Part shown: positions 39,769-51,027 of the stretch, piece after piece
Layout of the letters: the number at the start of each line of letters is the position of its first letter
How positions within the stretch are numbered: the stretch's first letter is position 1
Assembly: GCA_024641545.1 (NCBI GenBank)
Contig: JAHECW010000004.1
Span: 1,960-65,959 of the forward strand
Source: Acidobacteriota bacterium
GTDB lineage: Bacteria; Acidobacteriota; Thermoanaerobaculia; Thermoanaerobaculales; Sulfomarinibacteraceae
Reading direction: 5' to 3'
DNA length: 64,000 bases
Translations under genes and position numbers: made by a program
Notes under the pieces: generated by a model
What the model was told of the DNA's origin: nothing
The model's database searches: none
What the model saw: only the letters and a program-made list of their open reading frames with translations

Positions 39769-42099
39769 TTATGGGGATTTGTACGGCGCCGCGAGGAAGC
39801 AACCGACATAGCTGTCGCGCCTGCGCAGCGGACTGACCGGAATGGTGATCCCGACATCGTTGCGCCGTGCGCCCCGGTAGAGGCGCTCGAGCTCGAACCG
39901 GTTGCGGAAGAGCCAGGTTTCGAGCGGTTCGTCGGCGGTCAGGTCCGGGATCTGCATCGGCATCTGGATGGCCTGGAGGAGCACGTCATCGCTGGCGCGG
40001 TGGCGGCCGAAGACCCACGATCGGGTCCCGTCCGGCTCGAGATATGAAAGCACGGCGAGATCCTCATCGATGGTCGACCGCGCGCCGGAGCCGCCATCCG
40101 GTTCGTCGGCGGCCGCCTGTCCGAGTCGGCGGAGCAGCGCAACGAGCGACGATCCCTCCGAGATGATCTGCGCCTCGGCTGGAATCTCCGCCCAGACCGC
40201 GGCTTCGAAGAGCTCCACCGGATCGAGGCCTTTGAGTCGAGCCACTCCAAGATAGCGGAGACCGACATGGAAGGGGCCGGGCCGATCCGGATCGAGGGCA
40301 AAGAGCAACCAGCGGACGCCGTTCTCGGACACCTCGGTAAAGGACGGGACCTCGAGCTCCCGCTCCAGGTGTTCGACAAAGTCGAGGGTCAGGACGATTC
40401 CCTCGTTGACGAGTTCGCCGTGGCTGTCGAGTTCAACCTTGTAGCGGCGGTCATCGGAGGATTTGGTCGTGCTGCGAGCCGTGGCGATGGGGGCGAGGAA
40501 GTTGTCGACCTGGGATGCGTCATAACCGGCATGGATCAGGAACTCCGCAATATCCGCCACCTCCCGTGTGCTCTTGCCCGTGGTCAGCCTCGAGAGCTCT
40601 ACGATGCCATGGCCGAAAAACTCGAATCGGCGGATCTCTCGGTCGCTGCCGAGCATGGGCAGCAGCCGATACGCGCCGTGGTTCAGCGCCAGGCGAATTC
40701 CCCGGTCGAAAGGAAAGCCGCTCCGACGCAACCGGTCGTATGCGTATTGGATCTCGCACGCGGAGGAGAGGATCCGCAACGCTCGCCGTGACGAGTAGAA
40801 GGCGCCGTCACCGAGGAATTTCTCGAAGATCAGCCGGTGGTCGTGGCGGATCTCTTCGAGCCGGTTTTGGAACACATACATGAACTGGAGCGCCTTCTCC
40901 TCGGCCATGCGCCCCTTCTTCCGGACCTCTTCCAAGATGGCGGTGAAGTTGGTGAGGTCATAGACGAGCCCGAAACGACGAACCGATGTGTCCACCACCC
41001 CGGGAGCGGTGAAGTCGAACGGACGGGTGGTCGGTGCAATCGACCCCCGAACCGACGGCTCCAACAGAACGAGCTGGCTTCCACGATGCGCCATCATCAC
41101 GACCCGACGCCGGAGAGCGGACAGAAGCTCGAATCGTTTGAGCCCGAGCCCGAGTTCGGCGTACATGGTCGCCTGGGACCTGGAGATCCCGATGGAGTCG
41201 AGCAGGTCGGCGTTCTCCATGGCTTTGAGCAGGCGCGGCTCGAGGAGCGTCCATGGTCTGGTGAGGTCGATGTTGACGCCCGAGGCCGCGGCCAGGAGCT
41301 CGCCGAGCGCCGCCTGCCGCACCATGGTCTGGCTGAGCCGGCCGAGGGCGTGTTCCAGGGTCTCGTTGAGGGTCTCGAGATCGGTTCCGAACCGCGTCTC
41401 CAGGTAGTTGTCCAACGAACCCATATCCGCCGTCAGCCGTGACTCGGTCAACAGCAACTGGTCGGAACAGATCACCCCGAGCAGGGGCGAGACCTTGGGT
41501 GCGAGCCGGACCTGAGCGAGCTTGCGCAGCCGGTCGGACGCGCCGTGGGCGGCACGTTGGATGAGGCCGCCCAGGACCCCCGCAACGGCCTGCCGGTGGC
41601 GGGCGCCGGTCTCGTCTCCGGAGAGCCGGTCGTTCATCCGAACCAACTTGGGCACTCGGGAGACCGATCGGGCGACCTCCGAGGAGAGGAAGAGCAGAAA
41701 GACCTCGGCCATGCCCTGCCGATAGTCGTTCATGAAGACGTTTTCCAAGATCAACGACAGCGAACGATGGAGGCGGTCCCGCTCGGCCATGACGCCGCGT
41801 TTTTCGGCCCCCTGGTCAAACTCCGAAGCGAGGCGGTACCCGACCTCGGCGTTGACCAGGCTGTCGAGGTTTCGTTGGAGCTGCCGGATGCCGTCGGAGC
41901 GCAGCACCGGGTAGCCGTAGGTGACGACCTTCTCCTCATCCTGGCCGAAAATCGGATAGGGCGTCGGCAGACACGAGGCAAGGGTGGGGAAGAGATCCCG
42001 CCATCCGCCGCCGACCTCGTCGGGGGTGAGGACAACCGGGCGCCGCAGTTCGTCGGTCAGGACCAACTGGAAGACCCTGGCGTCTTGCGTCGTTTCCAC
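39769..42099 (-). CDS. 776-aa protein with a central divergent class III nucleotidyl cyclase-like (CHD) core; flanking domains unassigned
   Basis: Balanced amino-acid composition, unlike the overlapping plus-strand ORFs. By-eye CHD alignment: RRFGLVYDLTNFTAILEE (FxDIxGFT block), FEKFLGDGAFYSS (K.IGD block), IRLALNHGAYRLL (RIGIHTG block), FEFFGHGIVELSRL (GDxVNxAxR block, Arg kept and Asn lost). GTG start at 42099. Confidence 0.6.
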   Translation of the reverse strand: METTQDARVFQLVLTDELRRPVVLTPDEVGGGWRDLFPTLASCLPTPYPIFGQDEEKVVTYGYPVLRSDGIRQLQRNLDSLVNAEVGYRLASEFDQGAEKRGVMAERDRLHRSLSLILENVFMNDYRQGMAEVFLLFLSSEVARSVSRVPKLVRMNDRLSGDETGARHRQAVAGVLGGLIQRAAHGASDRLRKLAQVRLAPKVSPLLGVICSDQLLLTESRLTADMGSLDNYLETRFGTDLETLNETLEHALGRLSQTMVRQAALGELLAAASGVNIDLTRPWTLLEPRLLKAMENADLLDSIGISRSQATMYAELGLGLKRFELLSALRRRVVMMAHRGSQLVLLEPSVRGSIAPTTRPFDFTAPGVVDTSVRRFGLVYDLTNFTAILEEVRKKGRMAEEKALQFMYVFQNRLEEIRHDHRLIFEKFLGDGAFYSSRRALRILSSACEIQYAYDRLRRSGFPFDRGIRLALNHGAYRLLPMLGSDREIRRFEFFGHGIVELSRLTTGKSTREVADIAEFLIHAGYDASQVDNFLAPIATARSTTKSSDDRRYKVELDSHGELVNEGIVLTLDFVEHLERELEVPSFTEVSENGVRWLLFALDPDRPGPFHVGLRYLGVARLKGLDPVELFEAAVWAEIPAEAQIISEGSSLVALLRRLGQAAADEPDGGSGARSTIDEDLAVLSYLEPDGTRSWVFGRHRASDDVLLQAIQMPMQIPDLTADEPLETWLFRNRFELERLYRGARRNDVGITIPVSPLRRRDSYVGCFLAAPYKSP

Positions 42100-42229
42100 A
42101 GGTCAATTCTAGCCCTTCCCCGACCGGGACCTCCGGATCACGAGACATCCGGCCTCCCTTGTGAACGACATCGCAGTTTCACCGGAAGACAGGAAACCAG
42201 TGATTGTAATGTCAGACGGCGGTGGGATA

Positions 42230-43258
42230 ATGAACAATATGCGTCAGGAAGATCTCGTCCGGGCCATCGCCGACAGCCCGTTTTTCAAGGGCATGGTTCC
42301 AGATGTCCGCGCCGCGTTGGCCGGGCAGGGTCGGGTCGTGGTTCACAGCCACGGCGAAATGCTCTTTCGGCCGAAACAACCGGCAACCGCGCTTTACCTC
42401 GTTTTGGAGGGGGTGGTCGAAATTTGCCGGGAGGTCGACGAAGGCGAGGGGCTGAAACCGGTGGCCTACATCGGTCCAGGCACGGTGCTCGGCGAGAGCA
42501 AGGTCATCACCGGCACCGCCCTCAAGAGTCAGGCCCGATTCCCCGAAGGGGGCTGCACGGTTCAGTGGTCCCGTCCTCTCGTGCTCCGGATGGTCTACGA
42601 ATCTCGCGACTTCAGTCTCCACTATCTTCAGAACATCGCGCGCCGGCTCGAAGGGACGTTTGCGAGCCTCGATTCCCGCGGCGGCAGCAACCTCGGTGGA
42701 ATGCTCGATCACTTCGATCTGCCGACGATCCTCCAGACGGTGGTTGAGTCGGCGTCGAACGGGGTGGTGGAGATCCGGGACAAAGAGGGCGACACCTTCG
42801 GCGCCATCTACACCAGGGACCGTCGGGTCGGTCCGATCCTTTGTGGAACCCTGTCAGGCGAGGAAGCCTTCATCGAGATCATGGTTTCACCCCCCATGGG
42901 AGGAACCTTTCGGTTCTCGACCACCGGGACGCGGCACGAGACCGAGGACTCCTATCATCTCCAGCCGCTGCTCTTCGAAGCGGTGCGGATCCAAGATGAG
43001 TACAAGCGGTTCGCCGGCGAGGTGCCGCCCGGCGCGATCCTGCACCACACCGGACGACTGGCCGAGAACAGCACCCGGCTCATCGACCAGATTCTCAAAC
43101 AGGTCAACACGCGACCGTCGGGCTGGGGCGCCGTGGCCGAGAGACTCCCCTACAGCAAGGGCCGGGTCGCTCTCATGGTGCGCGAGCTGCTCATTGCCGA
43201 GATCCTGGCCACCGAGGTCAACTACCAGGTCGGTGGCGCCGACGAGCGCGAGTTCTGA
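42230..43258 (+). CDS. cyclic-nucleotide-binding domain protein fused to a DUF4388 (PATAN-like) domain
   Basis: ORF 42161-43258. Candidate starts are GTG 42161, ATG 42209 and ATG 42230 (preceded by GGTGGG). CAP_ED-like region FFKGMVPDVRAAL...ALYLVLEGVVEI...IGPGTVLGESKVITG. DUF4388-like region LGGMLDHFDLPTILQTVVESASNGVVEIRD...GEEAFIEIM...GGTFRF. Confidence 0.7.
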   Translation: MNNMRQEDLVRAIADSPFFKGMVPDVRAALAGQGRVVVHSHGEMLFRPKQPATALYLVLEGVVEICREVDEGEGLKPVAYIGPGTVLGESKVITGTALKSQARFPEGGCTVQWSRPLVLRMVYESRDFSLHYLQNIARRLEGTFASLDSRGGSNLGGMLDHFDLPTILQTVVESASNGVVEIRDKEGDTFGAIYTRDRRVGPILCGTLSGEEAFIEIMVSPPMGGTFRFSTTGTRHETEDSYHLQPLLFEAVRIQDEYKRFAGEVPPGAILHHTGRLAENSTRLIDQILKQVNTRPSGWGAVAERLPYSKGRVALMVRELLIAEILATEVNYQVGGADEREF

Positions 43259-43282
43259 AGGCATTGTGCCTATACTGAGATC

Positions 43283-45927
43283 GTGCGCGTTCGTCGTCTT
43301 GTCCTCACGCTCGTAGCTTCAGCCACGGTTGTGGTCGCCGGGTGGTCTTTGATCAAGACGGTCCACAGCTTCTACCGTCTCGATTTTCCGGTCCGGTGGG
43401 TTGAAGGCGGGATTGTGGTCGATGGGCTGCCTGCCGGGTCGTCGGCTGCGGCTTCCGGGTTGAGAATCGGTGACGCGATCGTTGCCGTCGACGGCATGGA
43501 GGTCTTCAAACTCGAAGATCCGGTCTTTCTACTTGCCGGTGGAGACCAACACCAGTTGGCGGTCAATGCCGCAGCCGGTGAGCCCAGGGAGGTCACCTTC
43601 CGACCTCCGCCACCCGCCATCGAGCCGGTCTATCTCGCACGCACCTCGGTCGGTCTTCTCGGGTTGCTGTGCGCCCTGGCGGTGGTGTGGAAGACAACCA
43701 GGCGGGAGGCCGCTGTCCTGCTCCTCATCGCTGCTGCCTCGTTGATTCTGGGAGCGGTGCCGAATCGGATCGCCGCAGCGCATGAGATCCTCCAGGTTCT
43801 GCACCGGATCGCCGGCGCGGTTCTTCCGTTTCTCATCGCCCGTTTCTTCATCATCTTCCCCGAGCGACGATCCTCGGTCTGGATGCTGGATCTGACCACC
43901 ATTGTGGTCGCCATCGGTGCCGCGACCACCGCCCTTACACCCAATGCCGAAGGTTGGTGGCCGATTGTGACGACGCTGCTCAGGGCGACTTTCTCGATCG
44001 CTCTCGCGGGCGGGATCACCCTCCACGTCGTACGCTGGTGGCAGGCATCGCGTGACGCCAGGGTTCGTCGCCAGATCGAGTGGGCCGCTCTCGGGCTCTT
44101 TGTCGGGTTGGTACCCTGGACCGCGCTGGTGTGGTTTCCCCGTCAGCTCGGAATCGGGGTCGATCCATTCTCGTGGATCATGGTCCTGCCCATGGCCGCG
44201 CTTCCGTTCGCGATCGTGGCGGCACTGATGGAATACCGGTTGTGGGACCTCGAACCCATCGCACGCGACGCGCTTTCGGCCACCTTGGTTCTGGTGATCG
44301 GCGGCTTTGCCTTCGCCATGACGAATCACCTGCTGGTCAACTACGCCGGGGGCTACGGGTCACTGCGCAACCTCTTTGCATTCGCCACCGGCGTGCTGCT
44401 CGTGGTTCTGCTCCAACCGATTCGAACGAGGGTCGGCCATTTTCTCGAACACTGGCTCTACCACGGCCGACGCCCCCCGCAGTGGCTCCTGACCCACGCA
44501 ACCCGCGAGCTCGCCGAGGTCACCGATCCGCGCGAGCTCCTGAGTCGACTCGCCGACACCCTTCGCGACGGGCTCGATTTTGATGTCGTCGCGACCTATC
44601 TGCGGGTCGATGGCGGCACCTTTTCTCGCGTCAAGTCGAATGGGGATTACATCCCTGAAATCCTCTCCGACGCCGTCCTGAAGCATCATTTTCCGAGCGC
44701 GGAGGAGGAACCGCTGGCCGCCGCCGGCTTCACCCTGCGGCTGACCCTCGATCGCGTGGATACGGTGCATGGACTGCTCTATCTTGGTTTGCGTCGCGGT
44801 CTCTTCCCCCTCGGCAGCGAGGCGCAGGAGGTCGTCGGCGCCTTCACCACCCAGGCCGCGGTGGCGCTCGAGAGCGCGCGATATCTCGACGATCTTCGCC
44901 GGCAGGCGGAGGAGTACCGCATTCTGCACGCGAACACCCAGCGGATCATCGAGTCGTCGGCCGCCGCGATCCTGGTGTGCGACGCCGGTGGAAGGATCCT
45001 GTCGGCCAACAGCGAGGCGGCCGGTATCTTCGAGGTCAACGCCCGGGAACTGGTATCGGTGCCGTTGGACGCCCTGGTCGAGCTCCCCGAAGAGTGGCGG
45101 GATTCCCTGCCGCTTCAGGCGGCGAACGCCGAGGGACGGACCAAGGAGGAGCCCCGCCGGCGGGTGATCATGGCGGTCTCGGTGCTGGAGCTCGACAGCG
45201 GCAGTTTCAACGGGCGGGTGGTTGTTCTCCAGGATGTCACCGAGCTGCGCGATCTCCAGGATCGAATCAGGGATCAGGAGCGCATGGCCGCCCTCGGTCG
45301 TCTGGCGTCGGGGCTCGCCCACGAGATCAACACGCCACTCACCGGAATCTCATCCTTCGCCCAGATGCTGGGGGAGATGACCCCCGTCGAGGATCCGCGG
45401 GCGTTCCTGGTCTCCAAGCTCGTGGATCAGAGCTTCCGGGTCTCGCGAATTGTCGCGAACCTCAAGGAGGCGATCCGCGGCGGGCGGGAGGAGCTGACGG
45501 TCATCGACGTCGTCATGGTGACTCGGAATGCCGCTCTCGAGGCTGCCCGGTCTCTCGGTGCGACGCATCGACTCGAGATCTCGGACAGCGCTCCGGTGAT
45601 GGCCGCGGGCTCACCCGGACCGGTGGAACTGGCGGTGAGCAACATGGTTCGAAACGCCATCGAGGCTTCGGACTCCGACTCCAAAGTCGTCGTCGCCGTC
45701 CATGTTGACGAGGAGTGGGCCGAGATCCGTGTGGAGGACGGCGGCCCGGGCGTGGCCGAGGAGGACCTCGAGCGGGTCTTCGAACCGTTTTTCTCGACCA
45801 AGACCGACCGTGGGGGGACGGGCATGGGGTTGGCCATCACTCGCGACATGATCGCCAACCTCGGCGGCCGGGTCAGCCTTGAGAATCTCCCGCACCGGGG
45901 CGCGCGTGCTACCGTGAGGCTGAAACG

Positions 45928-45955
<28 letters not shown>
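43283..45955 (+). CDS. sensor histidine kinase with N-terminal PDZ domain, multi-TM region, GAF/PAS-like modules
   Basis: PDZ-like GIVVDGLPAGSSAAASGLRIGDAIVAVDG, then about 8 hydrophobic helices. H-box ERMAALGRLASGLAHEINTPLTG and ATPase GGTGMGLAITRDMI. 25 nt after the upstream gene. Confidence 0.85.
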
Positions 45956-47316
<1,361 letters not shown>

Positions 47317-47764
47317 CCTGCCGCAGGTGGGGCAACCGGGATGAAACCTTTTCAGGTTTTGCGACGTATTCTCCCTTGCATCGCAACCTCCTCCAGTTGG
47401 CGGCTCCGCACCCCCGCGGGGCCGTCAGCGTGTCTGGGCCCCATGGTGGGAAGCCCGCCACGCGGCCCGATACGGGACACTGGATGCCGGATCCATCGCA
47501 GCGACCCGCGAAGACATCGCAATTGAGGGTGGGTCATGCGTTGCGAGAGGGTTTTCTGACTGCGTGGTGACGCGGACTCGACCGCAAGGTGTCTGAAGGG
47601 CGGGCCTCCGGCCTGGCCGTCGGGTTCGTACCGGTTTGTCCTCAGCGATTGAATAGAACCGGGCGTTCGGGCAATGAACCATGCGCTGGCTGTCTGCGTT
47701 CATCTGCATGATCTGTGGTCTGTTACGCGACGCTCCCATCCAGCGGCCAGCATCGTCCCGCGCG

Positions 47765-48820
47765 TTATCCGATGGCCCCACCTCCGAGGCATTCATCGCC
47801 GTCGTAGAGCACGGCGTACTGACCCGAGGCGATCCCGGCTTCGGCTTCATCCATCACGACCATGAGGCCGCCGTCGGCGTGCCGATCCACCCGGCACCCC
47901 ACGAGGCGCTCGCCGTGGCGGATCCTGAGCGTGAGGTCGCTGGTTTCGGGCTCCGAGGCGATCCAGTGGGGTGCCGGAATCCGGAATCGATCACGGAGGT
48001 GGGAGCCGAGCGAGTCGGCGTGGACCACGAGCAGTTCGTTCTTTTCCAGGTCCTTCCCCACCACATACCAGGGGCCGCCGGAGAGGCCGAGGCCACGGCG
48101 CTGGCCGATGGTGTGGTACCAGAATCCACGGTGCCGCCCGAGCTCGGTCCCGGTGCCGAGGTCCCGGATGACTCCGGGATTGTCACCGAGGTGATGTTCG
48201 ACGAAAGCATCGTACGGGACCCGGCCGAGGAAACAGATGCCCTGCGAGTCCGGCCGGTCGCAATTCGGGAGGTTGAGCCGACGGGCCTCGGCGCGGACCT
48301 GAACCTTGGTCATCCCACCGATGGGGAAGAGACATCGGGCCACCTGCCGCTGATCCAGCTGGCTGAGGAAATAGGTCTGGTCCTTGACCGGATCGACTCC
48401 TTTGAGCAGCCGCGAAAGGGCTTCCGAGTGATCCGTTCGGGCGTGATGGCCGCTCGCGACGAAGTCGAAGGAGGCGTTGACCCGATCGACGAAGGCGCCG
48501 AACTTGACCAATCGATTGCAGAGCACATCCGGACTCGGGGTGCGGCCGGCCTCGAGCTCGCGCACCACCGTGGTGACGACGGACTGGTAGTACTCGCGTT
48601 GGAGGGGAACCACCTCGAGGGGGGTGTCGAATCGTCGACACACCTCGCGGACAAATCCGAGGTCGTCCTCCCACGGACAACTGCCGAGGAAGGCAAGCTC
48701 GTCCTCGAGCCAGATCTTCAGGTAGTACGCGGTGAGCTCGTGGCCACCCTCTTCGGCGAGCCGCGCCAACGCCACCGAGGAGTCCACACCACCGGACACG
48801 AGTACTGCAATTCGACTCAT
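47765..48820 (-). CDS. mnmA: tRNA 2-thiouridine(34) synthase MnmA
   Basis: PP-loop VLVSGGVDSSVAL. Motifs CNRLVKFGAF, KDQTYFL and GICFLG. 351 aa. Confidence 0.93.
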   Translation of the reverse strand: MSRIAVLVSGGVDSSVALARLAEEGGHELTAYYLKIWLEDELAFLGSCPWEDDLGFVREVCRRFDTPLEVVPLQREYYQSVVTTVVRELEAGRTPSPDVLCNRLVKFGAFVDRVNASFDFVASGHHARTDHSEALSRLLKGVDPVKDQTYFLSQLDQRQVARCLFPIGGMTKVQVRAEARRLNLPNCDRPDSQGICFLGRVPYDAFVEHHLGDNPGVIRDLGTGTELGRHRGFWYHTIGQRRGLGLSGGPWYVVGKDLEKNELLVVHADSLGSHLRDRFRIPAPHWIASEPETSDLTLRIRHGERLVGCRVDRHADGGLMVVMDEAEAGIASGQYAVLYDGDECLGGGAIG

Positions 48821-48871
48821 GGGAACAGGATAGGTGATCAGAAGCGGAAAGTTCGCGCTCGACCCGCGCGA

Positions 48872-49282
48872 TTACCGCATGTACTTCCGGTGCACCATCC
48901 GCTCGAGGTACTGATCCCTGTGGACGCCGTGATCGGTGAGCATGCCCTCGGCGCTGACCACAAAGGTGGCTTCTTCCCCCGCAATCCGGGAGAAATAGAC
49001 CCGGTGGCGCTCACCCTGTGAACTCATGTCGATGGCGCAGAGTTCGTCCGAGAGTTCGGACACGAGGCTGTGGTCGCAGACCGGGCAGCTGAAGTCCCAC
49101 CGGGATCCCGGTTGCATGCCCTCACCGGGCGGAAGCTCGACTTCGTAGTTTCCCGGCTGCGGGTTCAACCCGACGAGCATTTTCTTCTCCCCGAAGTCGG
49201 CGCGAAGCACGATCGAGACATCGGGGTTCAACGCGGCATCGCAGTGGGGACAAGAATAGGTCCAGTCCATGGATTCCTCCAC
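48872..49282 (-). CDS. hypothetical protein with split CxxC...CxxC zinc-ribbon signature
   Basis: MEESMDWTYSCPHCDAAL ... FSCPVCDHSL. Balanced composition and GC3-rich codons. I recognise no family. Confidence 0.6.
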   Translation of the reverse strand: MEESMDWTYSCPHCDAALNPDVSIVLRADFGEKKMLVGLNPQPGNYEVELPPGEGMQPGSRWDFSCPVCDHSLVSELSDELCAIDMSSQGERHRVYFSRIAGEEATFVVSAEGMLTDHGVHRDQYLERMVHRKYMR

Positions 49283-49367
49283 GCCCTCGCAGCACGATCC
49301 GCCGAAAACGGCGGACCCATGCAGAATATCGCAAGTCCCGAACCGCTGCGGCGAAACGGTCTCGTTC

Positions 49368-50090
49368 TCAGACCAACGCCAACCCGAGCGCGGCGAGTTG
49401 ACCGGAGACGGCCTCGGCCCAACCCCGGTTGGCGGCGGGAGAGGCGGGGCTCGGGTGGAGAATGCGGCCGATTCGGGGCCCGTCCTCGCCGAGGACGGTT
49501 CGGGCCCGGTGTTCGGCGAAGGCGCCGACGCCGATCACGAACCGGGGCCGGAGGACTGCGACGCTTGACCGCAGCGCCCGGTCGCACGCCTCATAGAGGG
49601 GCTGCCGCTCGTCGGCCCTGAGTTTGTCCGGGGTGAGATTGCGGCCGCTCGCCTCGAGGAACTGGAGCGGGCAGTAGTTACCGACGAAGAATGTCTGGAA
49701 GAACCGCTCCGGGGTGATGAAGGTGTCTCTGGCCCAGCCCCAGAGCCGGCGACCGGAAACCTCGCTGCGGCGGCAGGCAAGGCCGAGGACCGGTCGTTTC
49801 GGGTGCTCGTCGACGGGCCGCCGCACCGCCCGCTCCAATCCGAGCCAGTCGCGGACCGCCGCGACCTCGCCGAAAGGCACACCGGTCTGGGCCATGCCCC
49901 AGGGTCCCGGGTTCATCCCGAGCAGCACCACCTCCCTGGCGCCGCCGCCGTAGCGCCGGAGGTATTCGGCGTGGACCTCCCAGGCGTAGTCCAACGGGTT
50001 ATAGACATGGCTCACGGGAGGCCCGAAGCTCAGCTTCGAGACACTCGTCCTCAACTCCTCGGCAATCATCACGAGATCGGCGGCGGCCAT
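49368..50090 (-). CDS. uracil-DNA glycosylase superfamily protein, SMUG1-type
   Basis: GMNPGPWGMAQTGVPFG matches the SMUG1 motif 1. C-terminal HPSPASPAANRGW (HPSP motif). Confidence 0.8.
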   Translation of the reverse strand: MAAADLVMIAEELRTSVSKLSFGPPVSHVYNPLDYAWEVHAEYLRRYGGGAREVVLLGMNPGPWGMAQTGVPFGEVAAVRDWLGLERAVRRPVDEHPKRPVLGLACRRSEVSGRRLWGWARDTFITPERFFQTFFVGNYCPLQFLEASGRNLTPDKLRADERQPLYEACDRALRSSVAVLRPRFVIGVGAFAEHRARTVLGEDGPRIGRILHPSPASPAANRGWAEAVSGQLAALGLALV

Positions 50091-50150
50091 CCCTGAGATA
50101 GTAACCCGCCCGGTTCTCCGCTCGCCTCGCGACCCGCCTCGACCGGCCGA

Positions 50151-50762
50151 TCAGTTGACCGCGGTCGCGGCCCCGTCACCGCGCTGGCGTCTGGGTTTGC
50201 CGGGAACATAGTTGGTCCGGCGGCCGAAGCTGAGGAGGCTACCTTCGATCTTCTTTCGGCCGCGGTAGAGCCTCGACATGATGGTTCCAATGGGAACCTC
50301 GAGGGCGTCGGCGACCTCCTTGTAGCTGAGGCCCTGAAGATCGACCATCAGAACCACCATCCGGTAGTGGTGCGGCAGGGCCATCAGCGCCTCGGCGATC
50401 TCACCGTCGAGCTCGCGGCCGAGGAAGTCCGCCTCGGGATCCTGAGCCGAGGGAAGGCCTTCGTCGAAGCCGTCGCCGGAGTCGCGCAACTCGTCGAAAT
50501 CGAGCATCTGCGGCCGATTCCGGGTCCGCCGATAGCCGTTGATGAAGGTGTTCTTGAGGATGCGGAACAGCCACGCCTTGAGGTTGGTCCCCTCGGTGAA
50601 CTGGTGATAGTGGCGGAAAGCCTTGAGATAGGTCTCCTGCAGGAGATCCTCGCTCTCTTCGACCGATCGTGTGAGCCGAAGCGCGGTCTTGAAGAGCTGG
50701 TCACGGTAGGGCAGTTGCGCGGAGCTGAAATCCCAAGCGGTGGCGGTGCGTGTGTCGTTCAT
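50151..50762 (-). CDS. ECF-type RNA polymerase sigma factor, no adjacent anti-sigma gene
   Basis: Region 2 ([19 protein letters not shown]...[15 protein letters not shown]) and region 4 ([41 protein letters not shown]). Confidence 0.88.
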   Translation of the reverse strand: MNDTRTATAWDFSSAQLPYRDQLFKTALRLTRSVEESEDLLQETYLKAFRHYHQFTEGTNLKAWLFRILKNTFINGYRRTRNRPQMLDFDELRDSGDGFDEGLPSAQDPEADFLGRELDGEIAEALMALPHHYRMVVLMVDLQGLSYKEVADALEVPIGTIMSRLYRGRKKIEGSLLSFGRRTNYVPGKPRRQRGDGAATAVN

Positions 50763-50780
50763 CTGTCCTCCCTGTCCAAG

Positions 50781-50809
50781 AATCTAGGTTATGTCTAGCA
50801 TATTGTCAA
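50781..50809 (-). promoter_or_regulatory. near-consensus sigma-70 promoter with AT-rich UP-like element for the ECF sigma gene
   Basis: Minus strand reads TTGACA (50809-50804), a 17-nt spacer, then TAGATT (50786-50781), followed by GGGAGG and the ATG at 50762. Upstream (50810-50850) is an A/T run: aaaatctagaaatatcaaaatttttccagaaaaa. Confidence 0.65.
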
Positions 50810-51027
50810 GGTTTTTCTGGAAAAATTTTGATATTTCTAGATTTTCTCTTGATCTCAGTGCCGACAGGCGGATTCCCGGAACGGGTTCGGGCGGATCCGC
50901 GCCCCGGGAACCGCGTATGCCGAGAACGGTTCCGCGCCCGGATTTCCATCTCACGGCGGACCTGCGGGTGAGCTTGCCCTCATCGAACCGGGCGGTATAA
51001 AGTGAGGGTTGGCGCAGATCTGCGTCG

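Noticed and set aside
41545-42747. 400-aa plus-strand ORF spanning the divergent promoter region
   Set aside because: It is out of frame with the cNMP-binding gene and antisense to the cyclase-like gene, with Arg/Gly/Pro-rich composition.
47610-47640. tRNA-like T-loop string (GGGTTCGTACCGG)
   Set aside because: The flanking bases cannot form the 5-bp T-stem, and no acceptor or anticodon arms could be built. I saw no other GGTTCGA-type T-loop in non-coding DNA on either strand.
47681-49021. 446-aa plus-strand ORF
   Set aside because: It is antisense to mnmA, whose PP-loop and catalytic motifs are clear. Its first codons lie in the low-GC spacer.
49283-49367. Hairpin TCCGCCG-tttt-CGGCGGA between the glycosylase and the zinc-ribbon gene
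   Set aside because: It has a 7-bp stem but no U-tract on either strand. This is not enough to call a terminator or a regulatory element.
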